Source: Promethearchaeota archaeon (lineage in GTDB: Archaea > Asgardarchaeota > Lokiarchaeia > Sigyniarchaeales > SOKP01). Taken from it: a DNA stretch of 64,000 bases. Location: contig JAEOTS010000122.1 in assembly GCA_016839745.1 (NCBI GenBank), positions 7,572 to 71,571 on the forward strand. The letters run 5' to 3'. Below are positions 1-10,217 of this stretch, one piece after another. How positions within the stretch are numbered: the stretch's first letter is position 1; every line of letters begins with the position of its first letter. The translations under genes were made by a program, and so were the position numbers. The notes below the pieces were generated by a model. That model was not told the origin of the DNA, ran no database searches, and was given only the letters and a program-made list of their open reading frames with translations.

Positions 1-2
1 AC

Positions 3-377
3 CATGTTATCGATTATACCTCCGAAGATTTCACCAAAAGTGGTGAGAAGTACGATGTTATTTTTGATGTGGTGCGCAAGAGTTCGTTTTCTGGTTGTAT
101 TAGATCGCTCAAGAAAAAAGGAATCTACCTTCAAACTAACCATGGGCTGTTGCGAGGCGTCCGAGGGCGATGGAATTCAATAGTAAGACAAAAGAAAGTA
201 ATTAGTGGAATAATAACCGAAAGTACCGAAGATTTAATTTACCTCATAGAACTGATTGAGGCGAGAGAAATAAAACCGGTCATAGATAAAAGCTTTCCAC
301 TAGAACAGACTGCTGAAGCTCACAGATATGTCGAGGCAGGAAAAAAGAAGGGAAATGTAGTTATAAATGTGCATTAA
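3..377 (+). CDS. NAD(P)-dependent medium-chain dehydrogenase/quinone oxidoreductase-like protein, C-terminal part (5' end outside window)
   Basis: Frame is open from base 3 (HVIDYTSEDFTKSGEKYDVIFDVV...). Ends IKPVIDKSFPLEQTAEAHRYVEAGKKKGNVVI, a typical MDR C-terminus that matches the downstream paralog. Confidence 0.9.
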   Translation, partial: HVIDYTSEDFTKSGEKYDVIFDVVRKSSFSGCIRSLKKKGIYLQTNHGLLRGVRGRWNSIVRQKKVISGIITESTEDLIYLIELIEAREIKPVIDKSFPLEQTAEAHRYVEAGKKKGNVVINVH

Positions 378-393
378 AAGGAAGGGAACATAA

Positions 394-1365
394 TTGAAAG
401 CAATTGTATACACAGAATATGGACCTCCTGATGTTTTTCGGCTTGTAGATGTTGAAAAACCTACACCTAAGGACAATGAAGTATTAGTAAAAATTCATGC
501 AGTATCCTTAAATGGTACTGACTTAGATAAAATGAGAGGTAGGTATTCAATAACACTAGGAAGGCGCTTAAAACCAAAACATAAAATACTTGGATGTGAT
601 ATTGCTGGAAAAGTTGATGTAATTGGTAGAAATGTAAACAAATTTAAGCCAGGTGATGATATATTCATGGATTTGTATGAATTTGGTTTTGGTGCTTTTG
701 CGGAGTATGTTTGTGTTCCTGAAAATGCGTTAAGGGTGAAACCGGCCAGTATGACATTCGAGGAAGCAGCGACCTTCCCTCAAGCGGCAGTTCTCGCTCT
801 ACAGGGTCTTCGTGATAAAGGAAAAATTCAACCGGGAAAAAAAGTTTTAATTAATGGAGCTAGTGGTGGTGTGGGCACTTTCGCCGTGCAGATTGCCAAA
901 TACTTTGGTGCTGAAGTGACAGGCGTGGCTAGCACGAGGAAATTGGATATGCTGCGCTCGATTGGTGCAGACCATGTCATTGATTACACACAGGAAGATT
1001 TTACTAAAACTGGGCAGCGCTATGACCTGATCCTTAATGTTGCAGCACATCATTCGATATTTGACTACAAGCGTGTTTTGAATCCAAAAGGAATTTATGC
1101 CTTAATCGGAGGTTCCGGGGTGGCAATTCTTCAAGCTATATTCTTAGGACCATTAATTTCAATATTTGGAAGTAAGAAACTGGGTCTCATGGTATGGAAA
1201 CCAAATAAGAAAGAAGATATGGTTTTTTTAGGAGAACTTTTTAAAGCCGGCAAAGTAGTCCCTGTTATAGATAGAAGTTACCCGTTAAGTGAGGTTGCTG
1301 AAGCTCTCCGGTATCTTGAAGAAGGACACGCCCAAGGAAAAGTAGTAATAACTGTGGCAAAATAA
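394..1365 (+). CDS. NAD(P)-dependent alcohol dehydrogenase / QOR-like MDR family oxidoreductase
   Basis: MKAIVYTEYGPPDV N-terminus, GCDIAG, Rossmann INGASGGVG, C-terminal GHAQGKVVI. TTG start. Confidence 0.92.
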   Translation: MKAIVYTEYGPPDVFRLVDVEKPTPKDNEVLVKIHAVSLNGTDLDKMRGRYSITLGRRLKPKHKILGCDIAGKVDVIGRNVNKFKPGDDIFMDLYEFGFGAFAEYVCVPENALRVKPASMTFEEAATFPQAAVLALQGLRDKGKIQPGKKVLINGASGGVGTFAVQIAKYFGAEVTGVASTRKLDMLRSIGADHVIDYTQEDFTKTGQRYDLILNVAAHHSIFDYKRVLNPKGIYALIGGSGVAILQAIFLGPLISIFGSKKLGLMVWKPNKKEDMVFLGELFKAGKVVPVIDRSYPLSEVAEALRYLEEGHAQGKVVITVAK

Positions 1366-1434
1366 CATTTCAAAAAAAACTCTTTTTAAGTTGGTTTACG
1401 AAATCTTTTAACTTTCTATGAATGAATACTTATT

Positions 1435-2658
1435 ATGGGTTTTATAACCAAAGTAGCAATTAAGAAAATCAAAAATGAAGATGTGAAAACAGCTGTTTTT
1501 TCAGCACTTGAACTTATTAATGCTCAACAATTAATGCAAAAAAATAATATGGTAGTGTTACTAAAACCGAATGTCTTAATGGGTAAGCCAGCTGAGAGAG
1601 CAGTTAATACTCATCCCGAAGTTGTCCGAGCTGTTATTCAATGGGTAAAACAATTCAATCCATCAAAAATTTACGTAAGTGATTCTGCTGGGGGTCAAAA
1701 ACCCGGTTTTACAGAAGCAGCCATGAAAGAAAGTGGTATTCAGGATATTTGCGTAGAAGAAGGAGCAATTTGCGTACCTTTTGAACAAACTGAACGTGAA
1801 ATTTATGAAGTCAAAGATGCTCTTGAATTGAAAGAGATATCGAGTTCTCGTTTGATTAGGGAAGCAGATTTGATCATTAACATTCCTAAAATTAAAACCC
1901 ATGGGCAATGCACCTTAACTTGTTGTATCAAAAATATGTTTGGGACCGTGCTTCTAGCAAATAAAGCTAAAACCCATGCTCAAGCAGCAATTTTGGAGCG
2001 ATTTTGTTCGGCATTAGTAGACATATATTCTGTGTCTAAACCGCAGTTAACAGTTATAGATGGCTACTATTGTATGGAAGGTCAAGGTCCTTCTAGTGGC
2101 GATGTAGTTAAGTTGGATATAATTCTAGCAGGATATGACGGTGTTGCTCTAGACAGTACTGTATGTAAAATAATTGGATTTGATCCAGAGGAAATATTAT
2201 ATTTAGAAAAAGCTGAAAAGAAGAATTTAGGAACCACTGAATCAGAAAATATAGAAATTCTTGGTGAGACTATTGATTCTGTTTATCGAAAATTTAAGCG
2301 TCCAAAATTTCGACCAATCTCGATGCCTTTACCAAGGTGGTTGGCAGATTATATTGGAAAGACCATATTTCGAGCTAAAGTAAAGTTTGATGCTAAAAAA
2401 TGTAAATTGTGCGCTACTTGCTGGACTAATTGCCCAGTTAATGCAATTACACCACCAATTGATATAAAAAAAGGAAATATTCCAAAATGGGATAGTAAGA
2501 AGTGCATAACCTGTTTCTGTTGTGTTGAATTATGTCCTCACGAAGCAGTCAAATTTAAAATTAACTATATCAAAAACGCTGCATTTTCATGGATGGGTTT
2601 AGGTTTTGTCGTATTCTTAGCATTGATTACTATGCTTATTCTATGGCTTCTTCCATAA
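1435..2658 (+). CDS. DUF362 domain protein with C-terminal 2x[4Fe-4S] ferredoxin domain and terminal TM helix
   Basis: LLKPN, THPEVV, PKIKTH, KNMFG and MEGQGP DUF362 motifs; CKLCATCWTNCP and CITCFCCVELCP; hydrophobic C-terminus. Confidence 0.88.
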   Translation: MGFITKVAIKKIKNEDVKTAVFSALELINAQQLMQKNNMVVLLKPNVLMGKPAERAVNTHPEVVRAVIQWVKQFNPSKIYVSDSAGGQKPGFTEAAMKESGIQDICVEEGAICVPFEQTEREIYEVKDALELKEISSSRLIREADLIINIPKIKTHGQCTLTCCIKNMFGTVLLANKAKTHAQAAILERFCSALVDIYSVSKPQLTVIDGYYCMEGQGPSSGDVVKLDIILAGYDGVALDSTVCKIIGFDPEEILYLEKAEKKNLGTTESENIEILGETIDSVYRKFKRPKFRPISMPLPRWLADYIGKTIFRAKVKFDAKKCKLCATCWTNCPVNAITPPIDIKKGNIPKWDSKKCITCFCCVELCPHEAVKFKINYIKNAAFSWMGLGFVVFLALITMLILWLLP

Positions 2659-2843
2659 AACCTTAGGTTTTCTATTTTTTTCATGAGTTGATTTCTAGGT
2701 CTAGAAGATTATAATGGCTTATATAAATCTATTCTAAGGTTTAATTTTCGATATAGATATAAAAAAATGATTACTTGAAAATCTTTTAAAGCTTTAAGGC
2801 TAATATATAATATCCTTAAAAAAATGTTTGACAATATGATAAA

Positions 2844-4235
2844 ATGAAGTTCACTGTATTAAATGGGAGTCCTAAAGGCGCTGAGAGCGTCACCATGCAG
2901 TATATCTTATACATTAAGAAAAAGCATCCAGAACATGAATATGATATAATAAATATCGCACAGACAATTAAGAAGATCGAAAGTGATGAAAATAGATTCA
3001 AAGACATTATACACCGGGTGCAAGAATCAGATGGTGTAATATGGGGTTTTCCATTATATGTAATGTTAGTTTGCTCACAATATAAGCGATTTATTGAATT
3101 AGTTTTCGAAAAGAATGCAGAAGCAGCCTTCGAAAATAAATATACAATTGTCATATCGACTTCTATCCATTTCTACGACCACACTGCCCAGAATTATATG
3201 CAAAGTATCTGCGATGACTTAAAGATGAAGTATGTAGGTAACTTCCCTGCAGACAGTTGGGACCTTCTTTGGCCAAAGCGACGAGCAAGATGGCTATTAT
3301 TCGCTGAAGAATTTATAAACCACATTGAAAATAATTTTCCAACCTCAAGACACTATGCTCCTTTAAATCTGAGAGATTTCAAATATACTCCTAGTGAAAT
3401 TACAGATGATTCGAAGAAAATTGATACACTTGGTAAGAAAATTCTAGTTGTTAGTGATGAAACTGATAAAAACACTAACATAGGAAAAATGTTAAAAAGA
3501 TTCAGAGATTCTTTTTCTGATGAGATCGAAATCATAAATTTAAATGACATCGATATTAAAGGTGGATGCATATCATGTTTGCAATGTGGATACGATCATA
3601 AATGCTCTTATTTGGGAAAGGATGGTTTTATTGATTTCTGGGAAAATATGGTAATGACCAAGGATATTCTTGTTTTTGCGGGTGTTATTAAAGATAGGTA
3701 TTTATCATCAAGATGGAAAATGGTTCAAGATCGGGCTTTTTACATGACTCACACACCTACTTTGATAGGAAAACAGATGGGTTATATTGTCTCTGGACCT
3801 TTAAGTCAAATTCCAAACCTTTCTGAGATGTTTCAGGGTCATATAGAACTACAAGGCTCAAATTTAGTAGATATTATAACTGACGAATTTGGGACATCAG
3901 AAGAGATTGATGCTTTACTTCTCGATTTTGCTAGAAGATTAGTTACATTTTCCAACACCGATTATTTTAAACCTTTAACCTTTTTAGGAGAAGGAGGAAG
4001 AAAAATATTCCGTGATGATATCTATGGGAGAAATCGATTTGTTTTTATGGCTGATCACGAATATTACGAAAAACATGGTTTCTATAACACTTTTCCGCAA
4101 AATGATGAGCGTGCAAAAAAAATGAATGAAAAATTAATTCCACTAATGAAAATTGATAAAGTTAGAACTAAAATTAATATGAAAAAAGAATTTTTACGCC
4201 CTTTCTTAAGGGTTCTTGAAGATCCAAATAAATAA
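2844..4235 (+). CDS. NAD(P)H-dependent flavodoxin-fold oxidoreductase / iron-sulfur flavoprotein, two domains
   Basis: N-terminal LNGSPK; second domain IKGGCISCLQCGYDHKC (Isf-like CxxCxxCx5C). Confidence 0.8.
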   Translation: MKFTVLNGSPKGAESVTMQYILYIKKKHPEHEYDIINIAQTIKKIESDENRFKDIIHRVQESDGVIWGFPLYVMLVCSQYKRFIELVFEKNAEAAFENKYTIVISTSIHFYDHTAQNYMQSICDDLKMKYVGNFPADSWDLLWPKRRARWLLFAEEFINHIENNFPTSRHYAPLNLRDFKYTPSEITDDSKKIDTLGKKILVVSDETDKNTNIGKMLKRFRDSFSDEIEIINLNDIDIKGGCISCLQCGYDHKCSYLGKDGFIDFWENMVMTKDILVFAGVIKDRYLSSRWKMVQDRAFYMTHTPTLIGKQMGYIVSGPLSQIPNLSEMFQGHIELQGSNLVDIITDEFGTSEEIDALLLDFARRLVTFSNTDYFKPLTFLGEGGRKIFRDDIYGRNRFVFMADHEYYEKHGFYNTFPQNDERAKKMNEKLIPLMKIDKVRTKINMKKEFLRPFLRVLEDPNK

Positions 4236-4261
4236 TTAACATGTAAAGCGAAGGAATAATA

Positions 4262-4456
4262 ATGGCGTGGGGAGGCTCGTTAAACAAGGAGGGTTCCGAT
4301 CACCTAAGAAATTTAAGAGAAGCTGATAGCGTAGTAAAGTTCCTTGAAGAATTAAAGCGAAAACTAAACGATAAGGAAAAACAAAAAGTATCAGAGACGA
4401 TCAATATTATAGTGGAACATTACACTAAAGAGTCTAAGAATGAATCCTTAGATTGA
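4262..4456 (+). CDS. small hypothetical helical protein (64 aa)
   Basis: ATG start preceded by GAAGGA, charged amphipathic composition, fills the gap. Overlaps the convergent gene by 9 nt. Confidence 0.55.
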   Translation: MAWGGSLNKEGSDHLRNLREADSVVKFLEELKRKLNDKEKQKVSETINIIVEHYTKESKNESLD

Positions 4457-5020
4457 TTTAATTAATTCCTTAATTATTTTTATTAGTTTATCTGCTTCAA
4501 CTTTTAGTGTTCTCGTTAAATTTATTTCGAAGAAAGGTAGATCGATATTAATAGAACGTTCTTCAAGAGTTAAAGAGTCTTCTTTGTAAAGTTTTAAATC
4601 TTTAAATCCCTCTAAGCTTTCAGGAACAAAACCAATCATAAAAACATTCAAATTGGGTAATTTTTCTACAATTAAATCAATTACAATGTGGACGGGGATT
4701 GTATGAGTAGAAATTGGCACATATTCCTTAATAACCTCACGCTCCAATATAGTTATCGTTCCCGGTGGTTTCTTTACAGTACATGTATCAATAAGGATTA
4801 GGCACTCTGGTTTGAAATTAACAACATCATCAATTCTAGCCATGGGATCTGTTCCTGCGTTTATGAATAGAAATTTTTCTTTATCGGAAAAAGATAGAAG
4901 TTCACTAATAATATAAGGTCCAACACCGTCATCACTTAGTTTCTCTTCTCCAATCCCCATAAAAACTATACTTTTAACTCCGCTAAGTCTATTTAAAAGT
5001 AAGGCGTTAAAATCTCCCAT
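4448..5020 (-). CDS. hycI: hydrogenase maturation protease (HycI-like)
   Basis: GIGEEKLSDDGVGP, INAGTDP, ILIDTC, ISTHTIP motifs. Start placed at the second ATG (MGDFNALL); the track's upstream extension is AT-rich and intergenic-like. Confidence 0.8.
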   Translation of the reverse strand: MGDFNALLLNRLSGVKSIVFMGIGEEKLSDDGVGPYIISELLSFSDKEKFLFINAGTDPMARIDDVVNFKPECLILIDTCTVKKPPGTITILEREVIKEYVPISTHTIPVHIVIDLIVEKLPNLNVFMIGFVPESLEGFKDLKLYKEDSLTLEERSINIDLPFFEINLTRTLKVEADKLIKIIKELIKSI

Positions 5021-5136
5021 AAGTAAATTATTAATTATTTGTTTGAAAATTAATTTTTGTGTTTCAAAAAAAAAGTATATATGTGTTAACATAGAGATAA
5101 AATTACAATAAAAATTTAATTAATAAAAAGTGATAA

Positions 5137-6498
5137 ATGTTGTCAGATAACAGAAAAGATAGATTAAGTTCTCGTAATCTATGGGGATATGCAATTGGGG
5201 CAATCCCTGCAGGATTATTGGCGTATGTGTTTAGTCTCAAGTATGTGGAACTATTTTACGATGATTTACAATTACAACCAATGTTATTCATTATAGGGCA
5301 AGTTATATATATGACTATAAATGCTTTAAATGACCCATTATCCGGTCAATTGTCTGATCGTACAAATCGTAAGAGATGGGGAAGTCGTAGAATAATCTAC
5401 ATTAAATATGGCGCACCAATTTGGGCTCTAACCTTTTTACTTGTGTGGTTTCCATGGAGTTTTGATGATCAAATTGTTATATTTGTTCATTATGTCATAA
5501 GTATATGCTTATTTGATACACTTCTTACTCTAGTAGTTCTAGTTTGGATGGCTTTATTACCAGAAATGACTTCGGATCTTGATCAGAGAAATAAAGGAAA
5601 TTTTCTATCATTAGTATTTGGTGCAATATTCGTCGTTCCATTTTTCCTAATTCTTGGAGACATGAAGCCTACTTCTCAGAGTTTTCAAGTCTTAATGATA
5701 ATAATAGCTATAGTATCAACTATTTTTCTATGGCTCACAGCATATTTGTGCGAGGAAAAACCAGAGTATCAAAAAGATAAATCATTTACATTATGGAAAT
5801 CAGTAAAAGAAACATTAAAACTAAGATCATTCTTGATCTTTATAGGATTTAACTTTTGTAGTGTCTTCCTTACCTCAATAGGCTTGAGTTATTTATTTCT
5901 CTGGAGTTTTATTCTTGGTGCGGGAGCAACCTATATCTATTTTGGAATATATATTATTGTAGGTTATGGATCAAATATCCTATGTATGAGATTACGTCCT
6001 AAATGGGGCACAAAGAAGATTATATTGAGGTTCGGAATAATAAGGGTAATAGGTTTAATCATATCATTTATAACATTAATTCTTATTCAAAATTCATTGA
6101 TTGCTATTGTTGGTCTCATAATCTCAACTTTTTTTGGGGGGTATAGTGTATTTATTGTTCCTATAATGTACTTATCTGCGGATGAAGATGAAATCAATCA
6201 CGAAACCCGTAGAGAAGGAATGTTTTTAGGAATGAATGCTCTTTTTACAAAACCAGCAGCGAGTTTGGGACCAATTATAGCGACAATAATATTGGAACTA
6301 TACCTTTATGCCCCTGGATCAGAGATTCAATCACCTACCACATTAATTGGAATAGATATTTTGTTCTTACTTATACCAGCAATCGTTACCGCAATTAGTC
6401 TAATCTTTATGTATTTCTATCCACTCCACGGCGAAAAACTAAATGATATGAGAGAAAAATTAGAAGTCATCCATAATGCAAAAAAACAGAAGATTTGA
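5137..6498 (+). CDS. MFS transporter, glycoside-pentoside-hexuronide (MelB-like) family
   Basis: NALNDPLSGQLSDRT..WGSRR and DEDE..HETRREGMF GPH motifs; about 12 hydrophobic segments; FYPL near the C-terminus. Confidence 0.88.
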   Translation: MLSDNRKDRLSSRNLWGYAIGAIPAGLLAYVFSLKYVELFYDDLQLQPMLFIIGQVIYMTINALNDPLSGQLSDRTNRKRWGSRRIIYIKYGAPIWALTFLLVWFPWSFDDQIVIFVHYVISICLFDTLLTLVVLVWMALLPEMTSDLDQRNKGNFLSLVFGAIFVVPFFLILGDMKPTSQSFQVLMIIIAIVSTIFLWLTAYLCEEKPEYQKDKSFTLWKSVKETLKLRSFLIFIGFNFCSVFLTSIGLSYLFLWSFILGAGATYIYFGIYIIVGYGSNILCMRLRPKWGTKKIILRFGIIRVIGLIISFITLILIQNSLIAIVGLIISTFFGGYSVFIVPIMYLSADEDEINHETRREGMFLGMNALFTKPAASLGPIIATIILELYLYAPGSEIQSPTTLIGIDILFLLIPAIVTAISLIFMYFYPLHGEKLNDMREKLEVIHNAKKQKI

Positions 6499-6557
6499 AA
6501 TTAATTCAGATTAAAGATTTTAGTTAATTTTTTTTTTTACTCTACTATTTTTTTATT

Positions 6558-7439
6558 ATGGAAATTTTAAAAGGGAAAACCATAGTAATCACAGGTAGTG
6601 GAAGAGGCATTGGAAAATCTGTTGCTCTTGCTTGTGCTAAAGAAGGTGCTAATGTTTGTCTTACGGCCAGAACGCTTGATGAATTAAATGAAGTTAAAGA
6701 CGAAATTATTAAATTGGGTACTAAAGTTAGGGTTTTAGTTAAAACTGCAGATGTTACAAAATATGAAGAAATTGAGAGCGCGTTTAAGGCATTTTATGAA
6801 GATTTGGGAGAATTTAACGGAGTAATTGCCAATGCAGGCTATTCACGGATGTGGGATAGTCATGATTTTGACAGTAATAAATTTTCTGAGATAATTAATA
6901 TAAATGTGTCAGGCGTGTTTTTTACATTCAAAGCAGCTTTTTCTTATTTAAAGAAAGATAACAAGAGCGATAAAGCAAGATTTATTATAACTGGAAGCGC
7001 TGCTTTCACCAATCCTATGCCAAGATTCGCAGCTTATACCGCAAGTAAGTATGCTGTCGTAGGATTGCAGAATTCTCTTGCTCTAGAGTATAAGAAGGAG
7101 AATATTAATTTCAACATGATTCTGCCCACTATGGTAGACACTCGAATGGCGAGAGGTAGGAAAGCTGGAGATGGCAATAAGCCTCCGAACGTTATGAATC
7201 CTCAAGAGCTTAATCAATATTACATATTTCTTCTGAGCGATGATGCATATAGGACTGATAACGCTCTAATATTTATTAACGATTTCGAGGAAGTTAAGAA
7301 GTTTTTATCCGAAGCTCCTCCCGGAAAGAGTGAGAGTTGGGATGTTTTTAAGGATTATCTAGAAGAAAACGCTCCGAATATATATTCCAATGTTAAAAAA
7401 CTAGGAAAACTAGTCGATTTTATAATAAAAACATCCTAA
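6558..7439 (+). CDS. short-chain dehydrogenase/reductase (SDR)
   Basis: TGSGRGIG, NAG and YTASK (YxxxK) motifs. Confidence 0.92.
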   Translation: MEILKGKTIVITGSGRGIGKSVALACAKEGANVCLTARTLDELNEVKDEIIKLGTKVRVLVKTADVTKYEEIESAFKAFYEDLGEFNGVIANAGYSRMWDSHDFDSNKFSEIININVSGVFFTFKAAFSYLKKDNKSDKARFIITGSAAFTNPMPRFAAYTASKYAVVGLQNSLALEYKKENINFNMILPTMVDTRMARGRKAGDGNKPPNVMNPQELNQYYIFLLSDDAYRTDNALIFINDFEEVKKFLSEAPPGKSESWDVFKDYLEENAPNIYSNVKKLGKLVDFIIKTS

Positions 7440-7533
7440 TGGTATTTTTACTGGTGTAAAAATCTACTCATATAGCCTCTTTCACTTAAAGAATTAAATT
7501 CTTTAATTATTGTGTGTTTTGATAGTATAGAAC

Positions 7534-8142
7534 ATGAACGAAATATCGAATGAAAAAGCAGAGAAATCTCAATTTGAAGGAATTATTGAGAATGGAAATG
7601 TAATAATTTCTAACAAGGAAGGCATTGAAGAATTTTATAATAACTCCTACATCGGTACTTTAGATAAAAATAGTGATAATGAAGAAATTTTGATTTTAGG
7701 ACCAGTAGAAGTTTTATTATTATGTGAGAGACATCGTATCCTATTATATTCAAATAATAATAAAGAAGACGACAACTTATACGATTTTGAGGGTTTATTG
7801 ACATACTTCACACAATTTGACGATCGCCTATGGCAAAAATATATTATATACATGGATTTGCGGAAGAGAGGTTATATCGTTCGAGACGGATATGGAGAAG
7901 GTATTGATTTTCGAGTTTATAAGAGAGGGGCTGATTTTGAAAAAGATTCAGCAAAATTTCTAATATATCCTGTTTTTGAGGGTTATCCAATAGATTTGAA
8001 GGAGCTTGACAAAATGTCTCGGGTAGCCATGAGCTCACGAAAAGATCTTGTCGTAGCTACTGTTGATAGGTTGAGTAAACCAATATATTATAGCGTAAAT
8101 AAATTTGAAATTATGAATAAGGTAGAAAAAAGCGAAGATTAA
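7534..8142 (+). CDS. endA: tRNA-intron endonuclease family subunit (probably structural/non-catalytic)
   Basis: YMDLRKRGYIV, GIDFRVY and RVAMSSRKDLVVA match the EndA fold; the catalytic His position is Ser. Confidence 0.85.
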   Translation: MNEISNEKAEKSQFEGIIENGNVIISNKEGIEEFYNNSYIGTLDKNSDNEEILILGPVEVLLLCERHRILLYSNNNKEDDNLYDFEGLLTYFTQFDDRLWQKYIIYMDLRKRGYIVRDGYGEGIDFRVYKRGADFEKDSAKFLIYPVFEGYPIDLKELDKMSRVAMSSRKDLVVATVDRLSKPIYYSVNKFEIMNKVEKSED

Positions 8143-8143
8143 G

Positions 8144-9805
8144 ATGCCTAATAAATTTGCTTGTGACACATCAGTAATTTTCAATGGTATTATTTTGAAT
8201 TTAATAATCGATGGCGATTTAGGAGGAAAGCCAGAAATTTATGTCTCCAATGTTGTCGTAGCGGAAGTTGAATATCGAACTAATGTTCAAAAAGAAATTG
8301 GTTACTATGGCCTAAATGTGCTCAAAGAATTAAGAAAGTTAAATAACGAGGAAAAAATAACTCTTCATATTGTGGGAAAACGCCCTACTAGAGAGGAGAT
8401 AAAAATGAGCCCTGGAGGAGAACTTGATGCACTTATTAGAAAATCAGCTTTAGAACACAATGCATCCTTGATTACAGCAGATAGAATACAAGGAGATGTT
8501 GGTATTTTTGAGGGGCTTGAAGTTATGTACGCGAAAGAAAAAGGGATTCCTATAAAAACTGAACCGCTCTCGCTTAAGTTGCTTGATTACTTTGACGAGA
8601 CTACTATGAGCGTACATCTTAAACAAGGGTTACCCCCTTATGCTAAGAAAGGTAGCCCAGGAAATTGGTTTCTGGAAAAAATAGGAGATGAACAATTATC
8701 TGCCAAATTAATAGAGGAAATTGCTATCGAAATAATAGAAATGGTCAGAGAGGACGAGCATTCCTTCGTCGAGATTGAAAAAATTGGTGCCGTTGTTGCT
8801 CAATTAAGAGAATTTAGAATCGTAATAACACGCCCTCCATTTTCAAATGATGTTGAAATTACAGCTGTGCACCCTCTTGTTACTCTTTCATTAGGAGATT
8901 ATGCCATTGATGCTCGACTTCATAAAAGATTAGAAAAAGCTGAAGGAATTTTAGTAGCGGGAGCTCCAGGGGCTGGAAAAAGCACTTTTTCAGCGGCTTT
9001 AGCCAATTTTTATTTAGAACAGGGTAAAGTCGTAAAAACATTAGAAAGCGTTCGAGATTTGCAGGTAAAAGAAGAAATCACGCAATATACTAAATTAGAA
9101 GGGAGTCTTGAAAATTCTGCTGATATTTTACTGTTAGTAAGACCTGATTTTACTATTTTTGACGAAGTACGCACAACTAAAGATTTTCAAATTTACGCTG
9201 ATTTTCGCCTTTCTGGTGTGGGTATGGTTGGAGTTGTTCATTCGTCGTCTGCTATCGACGCAATTCAGAGATTTATCGGCCGAATTGAACTTGGAATGCT
9301 CCCTTCAATAATAGATACAATTGTATTTATTAAGGGTGGAGATATATCTACTGTATTAATTATTAAAATGACGGTAAAAGTTCCACATGGATTTAGAGAT
9401 AAAGATTTGGCAAGACCTGTGGTTGAAGTCAGAGATTTTAAAACTGACCGCCTTGCTTACGAGATTTATTCTTTCGGTCAGGACATAGTAATTAACCCGA
9501 TAAATCCAATTGGCCATACAAGTTCTTTTGATTCGAAAGAACAATATAGGTTAGATAAATTTAGTAGAAGGAGAAAAGAAAAACGAATTGAGTTAGATAT
9601 TGAAATCACTAAACAGAAAGTAATTCTTAAAGCAAGTCCTGAATACGCTAGTAGCAATATTATTGTTTTTTCTAACGGTCAAGAAATTTTTACAGGTTCC
9701 TTGAGTCGCTCTAGCATCATAACTCTCTCTCTTTCAAACAAAGAAGGAAGAAGAGTTCTTAAAGAATATGATAGAAATAAAAATTTTTATGGAATTTTAA
9801 AATAA
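8144..9805 (+). CDS. PIN-domain ATPase (PINA / PINc-VapC ATPase family)
   Basis: N-terminal PIN (CDTSV...AEVE...LDALI...TADR), Walker A GAPGAGKS, LVRPDFTIFDEVR, GVGMVGVVH, DLARPVVEV. Starts 1 nt after the endA stop. Confidence 0.9.
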   Translation: MPNKFACDTSVIFNGIILNLIIDGDLGGKPEIYVSNVVVAEVEYRTNVQKEIGYYGLNVLKELRKLNNEEKITLHIVGKRPTREEIKMSPGGELDALIRKSALEHNASLITADRIQGDVGIFEGLEVMYAKEKGIPIKTEPLSLKLLDYFDETTMSVHLKQGLPPYAKKGSPGNWFLEKIGDEQLSAKLIEEIAIEIIEMVREDEHSFVEIEKIGAVVAQLREFRIVITRPPFSNDVEITAVHPLVTLSLGDYAIDARLHKRLEKAEGILVAGAPGAGKSTFSAALANFYLEQGKVVKTLESVRDLQVKEEITQYTKLEGSLENSADILLLVRPDFTIFDEVRTTKDFQIYADFRLSGVGMVGVVHSSSAIDAIQRFIGRIELGMLPSIIDTIVFIKGGDISTVLIIKMTVKVPHGFRDKDLARPVVEVRDFKTDRLAYEIYSFGQDIVINPINPIGHTSSFDSKEQYRLDKFSRRRKEKRIELDIEITKQKVILKASPEYASSNIIVFSNGQEIFTGSLSRSSIITLSLSNKEGRRVLKEYDRNKNFYGILK

Positions 9806-9836
9806 GACTATATTTCTATAAAAAACTTCAATTCAA

Positions 9837-10217
9837 TTATTTGGCTAATGCATTTCGAGCTCTTTTTATGTCATCAACTCCAATAACTAACTTATTATGT
9901 TCAGCTTGATAGATTAGGTCAATATTAACACCAACATTGCCTATTTTACGGGCCATCTTCCCACCAGATCCGGGTTTTCCTGCAATATGACCAATATCCA
10001 TGACAAGCACCTCACGTACAGCACTTACTTTAAAACCTGCTGATTCGAGTACATACTGAGCAACAGTTTCATCTTGAACCAAAATATGAATGACACCTTC
10101 ATCATTAAGAGGAATTCCACATAAACCTTCCATATTTATCCCATTTTTGCCTAGAATCTCTCCCATATCAGCTAGTGCTCCCGGTCTATTTTCCAAAATA
10201 ACAGCTATATCTTTCAT
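9837..10217 (-). CDS. ACT domain (amino acid-binding) protein
   Basis: Two ACT-like repeats: LENRPGALAD and GKPGSGGKMARKIGNVGVNI. Confidence 0.85.
   Translation of the reverse strand: MKDIAVILENRPGALADMGEILGKNGINMEGLCGIPLNDEGVIHILVQDETVAQYVLESAGFKVSAVREVLVMDIGHIAGKPGSGGKMARKIGNVGVNIDLIYQAEHNKLVIGVDDIKRARNALAK

Noticed and set aside
4448-5020. Hydrogenase gene cluster around the maturation protease
   Set aside because: No NiFe hydrogenase subunits or hyp genes in the window; the protease is an orphan here.
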